The notes: generated from the sequence alone by a model not told the origin. A stretch of 64,000 nt of DNA from an uncultured Limnohabitans sp. (GCA_964556425.1 CAZKWC010000006.1:2622-66621); one strand, 5' to 3'. Positions 21,743 to 31,677 are shown, numbered from the stretch's first letter. Numbers and translations: made by a program.

Positions 21743-22627
21743 ATGACCTCATCAATAAGCCCTATTCATTCTTCAAATACCTCACCTTCTTTTACTTCAT
21801 CAGAAGAACAGAGACTTTATTCTGCCCTAGAGCGGCTCTACGGAGCACAAGGGGCCAAACAGATTCGGTCTAGTCATGTTATGGTAATAGGCATTGGTGG
21901 GGTAGGTTCCTGGAGTGCAGAGGCCTTGGCGCGATCTGGAGTTGGAAAAATCACTTTAGTCGATTTAGACCATATCAGCTTATCAAATATTAATCGGCAA
22001 ATTCATGCAGTACAAAGTAGCCTTGGTCAATCTAAGGTATTGGCAATGCAAGAGCGCTTGTGGGCTATAAATCCTAGTTTAAATGTTCAAATTATTGATG
22101 ATTTTGTAAGTCCTGAAAATTGGTTAGATCTTGTGCCGGTGGATGTTGATGGAGTAATAGATGCTTGTGACCAATTAAGCGCAAAATTGGCGATGAGTGT
22201 TTGGGCTCGTAAAAATAAAAAGTTATTTATTACAGTGGGTGCTGCTGGAGGCAAAAAAACAGCTCAAGCCGTTGAGGTAGCTGATCTTTCCGTAGTGAGT
22301 CAAGATCCAGTTTTAGCCAAGTTGCGGTATCAATTAAGAAAACATCATGGTGCCCCTAAAGGAGCGACAAATCAGGATAAAAAGCCGCCCGCCAAAATTG
22401 GTATTGCTTGTGTGTTCAGTACTGAACCCATGTTAAGGCCCAGTGCTAGTTGTGATATTGTTGCTAATGGAAATACGTCTGTAGTAACTACACAGAATGC
22501 TGGCGGAGCTGCATTAAATTGCCAGGGTTATGGATCGCAGGTAGTGGTGACTGCCACTTTTGGAATGACGGCAGCGGGCTACATGATGGAAATGTTAGCC
22601 AACAACGCAAAAATGAATAATAAGTAA
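21743..22627 (+). CDS. tcdA: tRNA threonylcarbamoyladenosine dehydratase (ThiF/MoeB E1-like)
   Basis: ATG 21743. It has the E1-like Rossmann motif VMVIGIGGVGSWSAEALARSG and DLDHISLSNINRQ. Confidence 0.78.
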   Translation: MTSSISPIHSSNTSPSFTSSEEQRLYSALERLYGAQGAKQIRSSHVMVIGIGGVGSWSAEALARSGVGKITLVDLDHISLSNINRQIHAVQSSLGQSKVLAMQERLWAINPSLNVQIIDDFVSPENWLDLVPVDVDGVIDACDQLSAKLAMSVWARKNKKLFITVGAAGGKKTAQAVEVADLSVVSQDPVLAKLRYQLRKHHGAPKGATNQDKKPPAKIGIACVFSTEPMLRPSASCDIVANGNTSVVTTQNAGGAALNCQGYGSQVVVTATFGMTAAGYMMEMLANNAKMNNK

Positions 22628-22963
22628 CCCAAAACTAATAAAAAACTAAGTGGTTTAAAAATAAGTGAAATATTTATGACAACAACCTAAGAAGCAGTGA
22701 AATTGCTGGTTATAATCTGACCTGTTCTTAATTGAACAAACCAGTTTTTTAGCACATGCGAAAATAAACCCTTGAAAATAAATCAAGAAAGTTGAAAAAA
22801 GCAGTAAAAAATGCGCTACAATAACAACATCTTAACGCAGACAACGCTGTTAATCAATAGCAAATTAAGTGTTAAGACTTTTTAATTAATAACCAAGTAG
22901 TTAAAAAGTAAAAAATTTAATAAATTAAAAACACAAATTTTTAGTTTATAATACCGAATGTTC

Positions 22964-23039
22964 GGGACGTTAGCTCAGTTGGTAGAGCAGCGGACTTTTA
23001 ATCCGTTTGTCACAAGTTCGAATCTTGTACGTCCCACCA
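22964..23039 (+). tRNA. tRNA-Lys (anticodon UUU)
   Basis: A full cloverleaf was folded by hand. The acceptor is GGGACGT/ACGTCCC, the anticodon loop is CUUUUAA, the T-loop is TTCGAAT, and CCA is encoded. Confidence 0.95.
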
Positions 23040-23047
23040 TACACATC

Positions 23048-23079
23048 AAGCCCTTGTAGAAGACTACAAGGGCTTTTTT
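23048..23079 (+). terminator. Rho-independent terminator after tRNA-Lys
   Basis: Stem AAGCCCTTGTAG/CTACAAGGGCTT is followed by TTTTT. Confidence 0.85.
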
Positions 23080-23448
23080 GTTTCTATCGGATGCTACTTA
23101 CTCTAATAGGTCAATTTGTGGCTGAGCTTTACCCAGTAAAAGTATTATTATTGATTAATAAAAAAGCCTAAGGCAATTATTGATCGAATCACGTTGAAGG
23201 AGACTCTTGCTTGAGTTCATTCAAGTAAAGTTCATGGCAACAAAGCCAAATACCAACTTTCTCAAACTCTTAGCTTTCTAAAATCGGCAGAAACCGAACC
23301 ATTGAATATAAAACTGCTCATATAGTTGAATTAATAACTTCAAAATGGTTCGCTTCTAGATCAATTGGCTAATGCTATTATTGGGTATTGTTTCAATTGC
23401 TTAGCTAATCATTTGAAATAGATTCATTTATCAGCACTTTTTAATCAA

Positions 23449-24666
23449 CTATTTGATCACCAATATCGCCTCTGCACTTGTGTCATTTATGCCAGTTGGA
23501 GTTTTAAGTTCGCCTTGCTCTATTTTTGACTTGTAAACACCAGGAGTGGAGCCCGTTACATTAAATACAATGGTACATGGACTAGACCTTAGCAATAAGC
23601 CTGCTTCTATTTCGAGGCTGGTGGTTTTTGCCCCTCCGGTAATAGTGCCAAAACAAGTTCCACCTAAATTAAGTGGCTGAGCCAAAATAAGTCCCTTAGG
23701 CAATTGATAGCTGAATGCTTGTGCTAGTTTTTGTGTGTTGGAATCAATAGATTGAAACTGTAAACTAAAGGTGCTGGGTTTATTTTTTTCAATACTTATA
23801 TTTTGAAAACTTGGTGTTACCTTAATAGTAATATTGGCAGAGACTAATTTATTAACGCTTAAATTTTTAATTTCTTGGGTGGCTTTTGCATTGCCTAAAG
23901 TAGCGGCAAAACCAACTCTGAGTAAAGGTGGGGCAGCATAAGGAAAATCAATTTTTTCAAAAATAGTCTTTACTTCATTGCTAAAACTATCCTTTAGTTT
24001 GAGGGTTACCGCATATCCGATGCCATTCTTTTTGGGAATTAAATCTAGTTGTACTTCCTTGGGATAAGGTCTTTGTTGGCTTGCTCGACTTTGAAAATCG
24101 GCTGGGAAAATAGTTTTTGCTAATAATGCATTCGCCACATTGTGAGGCCCACGAATAGCCACACCAAAGGGTTGGTTAGTTACGGGTTCACCACAATTGC
24201 TTGCTGAAGAAAATGACCCATAGGCATCAAATCCTAGACCTAAATAGGCACCAACTCCTTTGCAATAACCCAAACCCTCTTTGCCTATTGCTCCAGTCAT
24301 ATCTAATTTGGCATCATATAAAAAAAAGCTCATGCCAAATTGGTTACTCAGTTCCCACTTCCACGAGGCTAGGTCAAATCGAATAGATAAGCCATCTTTG
24401 GGAGAAATTCCACCGGTGTGATTAAGTACACTACTAAGGCTGTTAGGTGTGGTGTCTGATAAGCGTAGCCAACCATTATCAATGGGATCAATCACCTGGC
24501 TTGTTAAATGGGCTGGGCCTGCTGCAATCCAACCAGGATCGGTGGAGTTTTTATTAAACCCAGTAGTGACCAAGGGTTGCGCACTTAAAACTCCAACGGA
24601 AAATGTCCAAGCAAGTAAAATAAGAAAGCGATGAGTCATATGTTTTGTCATTTTGAAACCAAGCAT
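23449..24666 (-). CDS. Exported protein of unknown function, possibly a ConA/legume-lectin-like N-domain plus an Ig-like C-domain
   Basis: 405 aa with a signal peptide (...FSVGVLSAQ). GWLRLSD ... GLSIRFDL ... GMSFFLYDA resembles the lectin_legB pattern, and the C-terminal segment GGTCFGTITGG ... CTIVFNVTGSTPGVY resembles adhesin repeats. The family assignment is tentative, and the start could be 24651. Confidence 0.55.
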   Translation of the reverse strand: MLGFKMTKHMTHRFLILLAWTFSVGVLSAQPLVTTGFNKNSTDPGWIAAGPAHLTSQVIDPIDNGWLRLSDTTPNSLSSVLNHTGGISPKDGLSIRFDLASWKWELSNQFGMSFFLYDAKLDMTGAIGKEGLGYCKGVGAYLGLGFDAYGSFSSASNCGEPVTNQPFGVAIRGPHNVANALLAKTIFPADFQSRASQQRPYPKEVQLDLIPKKNGIGYAVTLKLKDSFSNEVKTIFEKIDFPYAAPPLLRVGFAATLGNAKATQEIKNLSVNKLVSANITIKVTPSFQNISIEKNKPSTFSLQFQSIDSNTQKLAQAFSYQLPKGLILAQPLNLGGTCFGTITGGAKTTSLEIEAGLLLRSSPCTIVFNVTGSTPGVYKSKIEQGELKTPTGINDTSAEAILVIK

Positions 24667-25038
24667 TCCATTGTTACCTTTATTGTTTTCAATTCAAAAT
24701 TGCTTTTTAAAAAATACACCAACAAAAATCACATTGTTATCTCAATTGGGGTAAATTGACTCGAGTAACTTTGCTCGTGAAAGTAATAAAGTTAATGAAT
24801 CAATTATCTATTCCTGTAACATTAATTTATCGGGAAATTTTTTTTAACAATTAGTATCCATCATATCAAGAATAATTAAGTAACACTTTACAACTCAGTT
24901 GTAAACTTTTGAAAAAAATCAGCTAAAGTCAAAATAGTCACCAAATTAGTTGGTTTTTTCAAATTCCTCACTTTCATTTTGGCTATTGGTGTATCGTCAA
25001 TAGTTGGTAAGAGTTTATTCACAACAAGGAGACGTTTT

Positions 25039-25923
25039 ATGTCGAGCGAAAATTTAACAGTTGCCGATTCAATTGCGCATACAGGTTTAAGTCGAAGAAA
25101 AGCTTTACAAACAGTGAGTCTAGGTTTGGGAGTGGGTTATTCATTGGCGGCTGCACCATTAGCTGCACAAACAGCTATTAAAACCTCCACTGAGGGTTTA
25201 ACAACTGGAATGGTCACTATTGATATCAATGGTGTGAAGTTATCGGCTTACAGGGCTGCACCAGCAGGGAAAACCAATTTACCAGTTGTTTTAGTCATTC
25301 AAGAAATTTTTGGTTTGCATGAGTACATCACCGATGTTGCTAATCGATTTGCTCAGCAAGGTTATATGGCAATTGCTCCTGATTTATTCGAGCGCCAAGG
25401 CGATCCAATTCAGTACGCAGAAATGGCTAAATTAATTGCCGAAGTGGTCTCAAAAGTTCCAGATGAGCAAGTGATTAAAGACCTAGATGCAACAGTGGCT
25501 TGGGCTGGTAAAAATGGTGGTGATGTATCTAGAGTGGCTATTACTGGCTTTTGCTGGGGGGGTAGAATTACCTGGTTGTATGCAGCGCATGCTAAAATTA
25601 AAGCAGGTGTGGCTTGGTATGGTCGCTTAGTCGGTGCGACTAACGCTATGAATCCTAGCCATCCAATTGATAAAGTGGCCCAACTGAATGCCCCTGTGTT
25701 GGGCCTTTATGGTGGTAAGGATACTGGAATTCCATTAGATACAGTCGAGAAAATGAAACTCGCTTTGGCTAATGGTAGCCCAGCAGCAAAGCAAGCAGAA
25801 TTTGTGATTTATCCCGATGCACCCCATGCTTTTCATGCCGACTACAGGCCTAGTTACAGAGAAGAAGCGGCCAAAGACGGCTTTGCAAAATGTTTGGCAT
25901 GGTTTAAAAAACACGGTGTCTGA
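25039..25923 (+). CDS. Dienelactone hydrolase family protein with Tat signal
   Basis: ATG 25039 follows AAGGAG. It has a twin-arginine motif (SRRKAL), the DLH nucleophile motif GFCWGG and a C-terminal PHAFHAD. Confidence 0.85.
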   Translation: MSSENLTVADSIAHTGLSRRKALQTVSLGLGVGYSLAAAPLAAQTAIKTSTEGLTTGMVTIDINGVKLSAYRAAPAGKTNLPVVLVIQEIFGLHEYITDVANRFAQQGYMAIAPDLFERQGDPIQYAEMAKLIAEVVSKVPDEQVIKDLDATVAWAGKNGGDVSRVAITGFCWGGRITWLYAAHAKIKAGVAWYGRLVGATNAMNPSHPIDKVAQLNAPVLGLYGGKDTGIPLDTVEKMKLALANGSPAAKQAEFVIYPDAPHAFHADYRPSYREEAAKDGFAKCLAWFKKHGV

Positions 25924-26022
25924 GGTTTTTTTAAAGCTTTCACTTTTGTGTCATTTTGTTAGAAACAGCACTATAAGTGCCAGCTGCATAGTTGAAACCT
26001 TTTAAGTAGAATTGATGACTGA

Positions 26023-26054
26023 AAAGACTGATGCGAATGTATCAGTCTTTTTTT
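26023..26054 (+). terminator. Rho-independent terminator after the hydrolase gene
   Basis: Stem AAAGACTGAT/ATCAGTCTTT is followed by TTTT. Confidence 0.8.
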
Positions 26055-26117
26055 GACACCTCTTTTTTTATCCTAGAAGTATGAGTTAATATTTGTAGCT
26101 TCTATTTTGGGAATCTT

Positions 26118-26927
26118 ATGATTTTAATTGCGATTATTTTGGGTACTTTATTGGCTGGTGTAGGTAGTGTCTGGCTGTCTGCGGCGCTCAGCTATAGAAT
26201 TGTTGAGAAACATACCAACCATATGCTTAGTTTTGCTGCAGGGGCATTATTGGCCACCGCATTGTTACATTTATTACCCGAGTCGCTTCAATCTGAGCAA
26301 GATGCCCACACATTACTAACTGTGTTTTTAGTGGGGGTGATTTTTTTCTTCTTATTAGATAAAGCACAATTATGGCATCATGGGCATGAGCATGGACATG
26401 ATCATGGTAGCCACGCTCATCATCATAACTCACATAGTCATACTGATTTAAATCCTAAGGATACTACCTCTAGCTCTGGAGCGTGGTCCATTTTAACGGG
26501 CGATGCCGTGCATTGTTTTGGTGATGGTATTTTAATTGCATCAGCATTTATGGCTGATTTTAAATTAGGAGTTTTGGCTGCTATTTCGGTTTTGGTTCAT
26601 GAAACACCCCATCATATGGGAGATTTATTGGTTTTGAGATCGGCTAAAAACAGCCGTCAAACAGCTTTGTTAAAAGTCAGCTTGTCTGGTGCTGTAACAG
26701 TGATAGGTGGGGTTTTAGGTTTTTATTTATTAGAAACCATAGATGCATTACAACCCTTTATTTTGGTACTGGCCTCTAGTAGTTTTATATATGTTGCCCT
26801 AGCTGATTTAATTCCACAATTACAAAAAAAATTACCGATTAATGAAACCATCATTCAAATAATTTGGTTGTTCTCGGGTATTGCTTTGGTACATATTATT
26901 AGTTTATTAGGTGGCCATAGCCATTAA
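26118..26927 (+). CDS. ZIP-family divalent metal (zinc) transporter
   Basis: 269 aa, polytopic. It has the His-rich loop HHGHEHGHDHGSHAHHHNSHSH and the TM motif VHETPHHMGD (HExPHxxGD type). Confidence 0.85.
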   Translation: MILIAIILGTLLAGVGSVWLSAALSYRIVEKHTNHMLSFAAGALLATALLHLLPESLQSEQDAHTLLTVFLVGVIFFFLLDKAQLWHHGHEHGHDHGSHAHHHNSHSHTDLNPKDTTSSSGAWSILTGDAVHCFGDGILIASAFMADFKLGVLAAISVLVHETPHHMGDLLVLRSAKNSRQTALLKVSLSGAVTVIGGVLGFYLLETIDALQPFILVLASSSFIYVALADLIPQLQKKLPINETIIQIIWLFSGIALVHIISLLGGHSH

Positions 26928-27009
26928 GGAAACTACAGTCAATCTAGATTTTAGAACTAAGTTATTTAGTTCAAATCTTGTTATGCGTACAAGCTTTTAA
27001 GTGCTATTG

Positions 27010-27666
27010 TTAAGCTGCTAACGCATCAAGTTGTGCAAAAATGTCGGACATTTTGCCACTTATAAAAACACCATTTTTATGGTTAGGTTTTGGCGAGAAT
27101 TGCCGCACGACCGAGCTTGAAGCAACTGCTTGGTTGCTTGGTGTTTGCTGGTCTGACTTATTGGGGTAAGCAAGCACTTTTTTATCTTGAAATATAGGGC
27201 CGTTATAAACTTTTAAAAACAGCAAATTGGATTTTTTAGTGGGTTTAACTAAAGGATTCAAGTCAAGGGTTTGATCTACCTGTAGGGTGTCTTTGTCTTG
27301 AGCTAAAGTTAGAGCCTGCTCTAGTGTCTGCCTAGGGCCTCGAGTTGGATCTGCTGGCTCTTGATGCATAGTAGTTAAAGGATTACTCGAACTATTGAAA
27401 CGAAGTTCTGAATGTTCATGTAGATGCGCTTTCTCATCTGGGGACGGAGTGACACTATTGATGGTTTTTTCAGTGATGCCTTTTATTAAAGTGAGCTTGA
27501 AATTAGTTTCATTGGCTTGTATATTTTGGGGTTTTATACACACTAAAACAGGAGTGGATTTGGCAAAAAATTGACGAAACCAGCCAAGAATTAAGTTGGA
27601 TATTTTTAAACCAGCTCGATTAACTTGAGTTTGAGTGTAACAAAGACGGTAAATATGACGGCTCAT
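27010..27666 (-). CDS. Hypothetical protein (orphan, downstream of lexA)
   Basis: 218 aa. ATG 27666 lies 8 nt downstream of AAGGA. No family was recognised, the central region is Q/P/S/T-rich, and there is no signal peptide. Confidence 0.55.
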   Translation of the reverse strand: MSRHIYRLCYTQTQVNRAGLKISNLILGWFRQFFAKSTPVLVCIKPQNIQANETNFKLTLIKGITEKTINSVTPSPDEKAHLHEHSELRFNSSSNPLTTMHQEPADPTRGPRQTLEQALTLAQDKDTLQVDQTLDLNPLVKPTKKSNLLFLKVYNGPIFQDKKVLAYPNKSDQQTPSNQAVASSSVVRQFSPKPNHKNGVFISGKMSDIFAQLDALAA

Positions 27667-27783
27667 GATAATTTCCTTTTTGAAATTAAAAAATAAATTT
27701 TGCCAATATTGCTGAATTTGAAATCAAAACACAAAATAACCAAGCAATAGCAAAAAAATATCCAATAAATTGGCTTTATGTTG

Positions 27784-28467
27784 TTACATAAAAAATGTAT
27801 TACGAATTAAACCTACGGCTAAACCTTCGATTTCGAAAGGGTCGCCAGGTTTGACAGTGATGATTTGGAAGTCGGGGTTTTCAGGAATGAGTTCTATGGT
27901 GTTACCAGTGCGTTTAAAACGTTTAACGGTAACTTCTTCTCCAATACGGGCCACAACAATTTGCCCATTTTTTGCGTCTTTAGTGGCTTGCACAGCAAGC
28001 AAGTCGCCATCCATAATGCCAGCATCTTTCATGCTCATACCCCTTACTTTTAATAAATAGTCGGGTTGAGATGAAAATAAATTGCTTTCTACACAATAAC
28101 TTTGTTCTACATGTTCTGCCGCTAAAATAGGTGCACCCGCAGCCACACGGCCAACCAATGGGATGTTAATTTGTTGAATGCGTTCGTTGAGTTCTTGAAT
28201 ACTAGAGGCTACTTTGTTAACTGTAGTTTGAATTTTTTCTATTTTGACTCTAATACCACGAGAAGTACCTGTGAGTAATTCTATGGCTCCTTTGCGAGCC
28301 AATGCACGCAAGTGTGCTTCAGAGGCATTGGGCGATTTAAACTGGAATTGAGTTGCGATTTCTGCACGCGTAGGAGGAAAACCATGGGTGTTGAGCATAC
28401 TGCTAATATAGTCAAGAATTTCCCTTTGCCTTGGGGTGAGTTTAATGGCTTGCGTGATATCTTTCAT
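27784..28467 (-). CDS. lexA: LexA repressor
   Basis: ATG 28467 ([21 protein letters not shown]). It has a wHTH N-domain and an S24 peptidase domain ([17 protein letters not shown]). The ORF-track extension to 28623 is Phe-rich AT-driven sequence. Confidence 0.95.
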   Translation of the reverse strand: MKDITQAIKLTPRQREILDYISSMLNTHGFPPTRAEIATQFQFKSPNASEAHLRALARKGAIELLTGTSRGIRVKIEKIQTTVNKVASSIQELNERIQQINIPLVGRVAAGAPILAAEHVEQSYCVESNLFSSQPDYLLKVRGMSMKDAGIMDGDLLAVQATKDAKNGQIVVARIGEEVTVKRFKRTGNTIELIPENPDFQIITVKPGDPFEIEGLAVGLIRNTFFM

Positions 28468-28639
28468 GATGGCAACTTTATGTAAAGGAAAACAAATTAA
28501 TAGCAGAAAAGACAATTCAAAAAACAATGAAAAAAATGTTGAATTTTTAAAAATTACGCTTTTGTTTTTATTAAAAATATATTTTTGAGTAAAAAATATA
28601 ATGAAATAATTAATAAACCCCAAAAAAGCTATTTTTTAA

Positions 28640-28655
28640 CTGTTTTTTCATCCAG
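28640..28655. promoter_or_regulatory. Candidate LexA (SOS) box 1
   Basis: CTGTTTTTTCATCCAG fits CTGT-N8-ACAG with one mismatch. It lies in the lexA/asparaginase divergent region. Confidence 0.5.
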
Positions 28656-28658
28656 TGT

Positions 28659-28674
28659 CTGTATTTTTAACCAG
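28659..28674. promoter_or_regulatory. Candidate LexA (SOS) box 2
   Basis: CTGTATTTTTAACCAG has the same CTGT-N8-CCAG form and lies 3 nt after box 1. Confidence 0.5.
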
Positions 28675-28685
28675 TTTTTATTTCT

Positions 28686-29678
28686 ATGCAAGTGAAAAAT
28701 CAAAAAAGCATCAAAAAAGTTGTTATTTTAGGAATGGGCGGCACTATTGCGGGCCTCGCTCAAGATACAACTGACAACGTTAATTACCAAGCTGGTCAAG
28801 TTTCTGTAGCAGACTTATTAGCCGGATTGGGGGCTGGCTTTGTTGAAAGTTTGCAAAATAATGCCGTCGAACTAGTGACTGAACAAGTTGCCCAATTAGA
28901 CAGTAAAGACATGAGTTTTGTAGTCTGGCAACAGTTGCTACAACGGCTTGATTTTTACAATAATCAGCCCGATGTGATGGGGGTAGTCATTACCCACGGC
29001 ACCGATACCCTAGAAGAAACGGCTTATTTTTTACATCGCACAATAAGTGCCAATAAACCGATTGTTTTAACATGTGCCATGCGACCTGCATCGGCTATGA
29101 ATCCTGATGGTCCACAAAATATGCGTGATGCTATTTTAATGGCCCAACACTCATTGGCAAATTGCGTGATGGTAGTGTGTGATGGAGCAGTGCATAGTGC
29201 ACAAGATGTGCAAAAAGATCATCCCTACCGAACCAATGCTTTTTCTAGCCGTGACAATGGCGTATTAGCTTGGATAGAAGAAGGGCATATTAGGCAGCTT
29301 AGAGCATGGCCCACATCACAAGCAATACTGCACAGGGCCACCCAACAAATTCTTGACGGTAATTCGCAAATGAATTGGCCTAGAGTTGAAATAGTGATGA
29401 ATTATGCAGCTTGTGATGGCGCAGTGGTGCAGGCCTTATTAGCGCAAAAAATGAACTTGGCTGGCTTAATAGTGGCAGGGACTGGTAATGGTACCCTATC
29501 GAATGATTTAGCTCTACAGCTTGATTTAGCAATAGCCCAAGGAATACGAGTAGGCCTTTGTTCTAGATGTGCTTTAGGTCAAGTGGTCGGCCATCAAAAA
29601 CAAGCCGAATATGAGGTGATAGAGCTATCTTTTACTAAAGCGAGAGTGGAGTTAATTTTGCAAATATTAAATGCATAA
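28686..29678 (+). CDS. L-asparaginase/glutaminase (type II-like sequence, no evident signal peptide)
   Basis: 330 aa. Motifs are VVILGMGGTIAG, ITHGTDTLEETAYFL and AMRPASAMNPDGPQN. Confidence 0.88.
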   Translation: MQVKNQKSIKKVVILGMGGTIAGLAQDTTDNVNYQAGQVSVADLLAGLGAGFVESLQNNAVELVTEQVAQLDSKDMSFVVWQQLLQRLDFYNNQPDVMGVVITHGTDTLEETAYFLHRTISANKPIVLTCAMRPASAMNPDGPQNMRDAILMAQHSLANCVMVVCDGAVHSAQDVQKDHPYRTNAFSSRDNGVLAWIEEGHIRQLRAWPTSQAILHRATQQILDGNSQMNWPRVEIVMNYAACDGAVVQALLAQKMNLAGLIVAGTGNGTLSNDLALQLDLAIAQGIRVGLCSRCALGQVVGHQKQAEYEVIELSFTKARVELILQILNA

Positions 29679-29903
29679 CTAGCCTTTACTACACCGCTTT
29701 TGGCGGACTATTTTGAAGTTTTTTGTCTTTTTTAGCCATAACAAGAGCTATGGCTAAAGTTAAATCCAAAGCTGAAGCCAGAAAAAACCACCTAATAGTC
29801 CACTTACATCTGCACTCAACTAGTAGGCAGCAGCTGAGTCAAAAGCTTTTTATTAATTTGCCACATTTTTCTTGCTAAAGGCAAAATTAATGTGGCACTT
29901 TTT

Positions 29904-30131
29904 TTAGCGTCTTTTCATCCAGTGCCTAATTTCAGGGCCACTTTTTTCTTGTTGAAGTAGGGTGTTACCAGTTTGCCGACAAAAATCTTGAAAATCTCTT
30001 TCAGAGCTAGGGTCTGTGGCAATGACTTCTAAAATTTGGCCGCTTTGCATACCCGACAAAGCTTTTTTAGCTCTGAGAATGGGTAGGGGGCAATTGAGTC
30101 CTTTGGCATCCACAATTAAATCGGCATTCAT
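29904..30131 (-). CDS. TusA/SirA-family sulfurtransferase
   Basis: 75 aa with the CPxP motif (GLNCPLPILRAKKAL). Confidence 0.8.
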   Translation of the reverse strand: MNADLIVDAKGLNCPLPILRAKKALSGMQSGQILEVIATDPSSERDFQDFCRQTGNTLLQQEKSGPEIRHWMKRR

Positions 30132-30153
30132 TCCTAATTCACCTTTTTAAAAA

Positions 30154-31512
30154 TTATTTTTTAGTCCAACTAGCAGCAAAAAAACCATCGGTATGATGCA
30201 AATGAGGCCATAGTCTTAAATACAGGCCAGTATTAGGTGTACATAAGTTATGGGCCAATTCGCCAACAGGTTTTGCCAACAAAGTCTGCATAGGCAAAGC
30301 CTCAAACTCTTGTTTAAATTCCTGGCTAAAGGCTTGTGCTACTTCTTCATTTTCTTGCGGTAATAAACTACAGGTAGCATAAATCAAACGTCCACCTGGT
30401 TTTAATAATTGGGCAGCACTTCTTAAAATGGCACTTTGAAGTTGCACCATTTGTTCCACTGATTTGGGTTTGACTCGCCATTTAAGAGCGGGATTACGCC
30501 TTAAAGTACCCAAGCCAGTACAGGGGGCATCTACCAATACTCGGTCCACTTTGCCCCACATTCTTTGAATGCGGGCGTCTTTTTCGTCATTAATCACCAT
30601 GGTGTGAATATTATTGAGGCCACTTCTTGCCATGCGTGGTTTAAGTCCTTCCAAGCGATGGGCAGACGTATCAAACGCATATAACCTGCCAGTGTTTTTC
30701 ATCATCGCACCTAGGGCTAAAGTTTTACCTCCGCCTCCAGCACAAAAATCAACCACTGTTTCGCCGCGTTTTGCATCAAGGGCCAAGGCAAGTAATTGTG
30801 AACCTTCATCTTGTACTTCTAATAAACCTTGGTTGAAAATAGGCAGCTGAGACAGGCCTCGTTTTTGCTCTAGTCGTAGGCCCCAAGGGCTGTAAGGGGT
30901 GAGGCTTGCTTCAAGGCCTTGCTCTTTTAACAAATTCAATACTGCAGGTCTTTTGGATTTAAAAGTATTAACTCTTAAATCAAGGCTAGCATTTTGATGC
31001 AGGCTATTCATAAAACCAATAAAGGTATCAGAGCTAATATCCATGCCCAATTGTTGTTGAATAATTTCAACCAACCACTCGGGTAAATTATGTTGATATT
31101 GAATATCTAAATTTTTGACATCAGTGGCAAGTGACTGACTAAGCCAAGCTTGCTCGGTATCGCTTAAAGCAGCATTTAAATAATCACGCCAAACAAATGG
31201 GGTGTGATTGGATGATGCATCGGTTTCTGTGTTGACCACCGCATTTTGGGCATCTGCTTGTTGGCCAAATGCATAAGACAAAATAGCCAAGCGCCGCGCC
31301 ATTGGCCCCTCGCCGGTTTGCGCTAAATATTCGAAGAATAATTTTTGTCGCATCACGCCATAAACCACCGAGCTTAAGCTGGCACGTTCGCGAGAACCAC
31401 AGCGACCATTCTCGGCAAAATAAGTGCTAATTAAATGATCAAGTGCTTGATCAAATTGAAGCGCTAAACGCGTCAATTCGGTGGCAGTTTCTAGAAAGAC
31501 TTTTGGATGCAT
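30154..31512 (-). CDS. RsmB/NOP2-family rRNA cytosine-C5 methyltransferase
   Basis: 452 aa. A NusB-like N-domain is joined to a SAM methyltransferase domain (DFCAGGGGKT, DAPCTGLGTLRRNP, ATCSLLPQENE). Confidence 0.85.
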   Translation of the reverse strand: MHPKVFLETATELTRLALQFDQALDHLISTYFAENGRCGSRERASLSSVVYGVMRQKLFFEYLAQTGEGPMARRLAILSYAFGQQADAQNAVVNTETDASSNHTPFVWRDYLNAALSDTEQAWLSQSLATDVKNLDIQYQHNLPEWLVEIIQQQLGMDISSDTFIGFMNSLHQNASLDLRVNTFKSKRPAVLNLLKEQGLEASLTPYSPWGLRLEQKRGLSQLPIFNQGLLEVQDEGSQLLALALDAKRGETVVDFCAGGGGKTLALGAMMKNTGRLYAFDTSAHRLEGLKPRMARSGLNNIHTMVINDEKDARIQRMWGKVDRVLVDAPCTGLGTLRRNPALKWRVKPKSVEQMVQLQSAILRSAAQLLKPGGRLIYATCSLLPQENEEVAQAFSQEFKQEFEALPMQTLLAKPVGELAHNLCTPNTGLYLRLWPHLHHTDGFFAASWTKK

Positions 31513-31677
31513 ATTAAAAAATGAAGTGGTGTTAAGAAAGCTGCCGCTTCAGTTGAAACAAGCAGTCATGATACCTATCAAAATAGACTCAACCTGTGGT
31601 GGCAGGTTTTTGTATAGAATGAAGAAAACGATAAAAACAAGCCATTAATTGGCTAGTGAGGAATCCATACACTTTTT

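Noticed and set aside
28468-28623. 52-codon in-frame N-terminal extension of lexA (TTG start) that would bring the start next to the SOS boxes.
   Set aside because: The peptide is Phe/Ile/Asn-rich, reflecting a T-rich strand that is naturally poor in stop codons. LexA homologs begin at the [14 protein letters not shown] position, which has an ATG.
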